Below, one piece after another: positions 24,891 to 25,093 of a DNA stretch of 25,093 nucleotides. The DNA is taken from the NCBI GenBank assembly GCA_026391215.1, contig JAPLDX010000132.1, forward strand, positions 1 through 25,093. Direction: 5' to 3'. Within the stretch, counting starts at the first letter, position 1; each line of letters opens with the position of its first letter. The notes below the pieces were generated by a model that ran no database searches, had not been told where the DNA came from, and was given only the letters and a program-made list of their open reading frames with translations. The translations under genes and the position numbers were made by a program. This DNA comes from Bacteroidia bacterium (GTDB lineage Bacteria; Bacteroidota; Bacteroidia; Bacteroidales; VadinHA17).

Positions 24891-25093
24891 ATGGCACAAA
24901 AAATTTATGCAGGCGTCACAGTGGATGTCAACGAGGAGGGTTATTTTACCAGTCCCTCACAATGGACCAAAGAAATAGCCGTGGAAATTGCAAAGGAAGA
25001 AGGTATCACCCTTACAGATCAGCATTTTGCTATTATGGATTTTCTCCGTACCAAATTCCTCAGTGGTGAATTACTCTCAATAAGGAGCATAAA
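24891..25093 (+). CDS. TusE/DsrC/DsvC family sulfur relay protein (3' end outside window; not in the ORF track)
   Basis: Own translation: MAQKIYAGVTVDVNEEGYFTSPSQWTKEIAVEIAKEEGITLTDQHFAIMDFLRTKF... This matches the family N-terminus (D/N-x-EGY/F...W...A..IA..EGI.LT..H...+.++R). The C-terminal Cys residues are not visible. Confidence 0.88.
   Translation, partial: MAQKIYAGVTVDVNEEGYFTSPSQWTKEIAVEIAKEEGITLTDQHFAIMDFLRTKFLSGELLSIRSI

Noticed and set aside
24891-25093. Evidence for dissimilatory sulfate reduction
   Set aside because: No dsrAB, apr or sat in the window. The diagnostic C-terminal Cys pair is outside the window, and TusE-like proteins are widespread.

Overview
Gene-dense, moderately AT-rich bacterial window, most likely from an anaerobic Bacteroidota (Bacteroidales-like) genome. 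The taxon is inferred from TAnnTTTG-type promoters, DUF3127, a stand-alone MnmD and the ~1230 aa PurL. Left: housekeeping genes (partial mnmD, FKBP and cyclophilin PPIases, DUF3127, M3 peptidase, purL). Middle: a four-gene + strand operon encoding an unknown membrane protein, a radical SAM enzyme, a CDP-alcohol phosphotransferase and a CdsA fused to a CTP-dependent lipid kinase, which looks like an uncharacterised lipid pathway. It converges on a five-gene heterodisulfide-reductase-like operon (hdrC, hdrB, short hdrA, small Fe-S protein, membrane-anchored HdrF/HdrED-like protein). Right: PAP2, DUF3788, a membrane protein, an M1 peptidase, a secreted protein, then SQR followed by a TusE/DsrC-family gene cut by the window edge and missing from the ORF track. 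The hdr-like and sqr-tusE promoters share the same layout (AATATACTTTT followed by a Rex-like TGTTAA-N4-(T/A)TAACA palindrome), suggesting one redox-regulated sulfur/disulfide system. Two G/C-tract REP-like elements overlap gene 3' ends, and two short-period tandem arrays flank the PAP2 gene. No rRNA, tRNA, CRISPR array or transposase was recognised.
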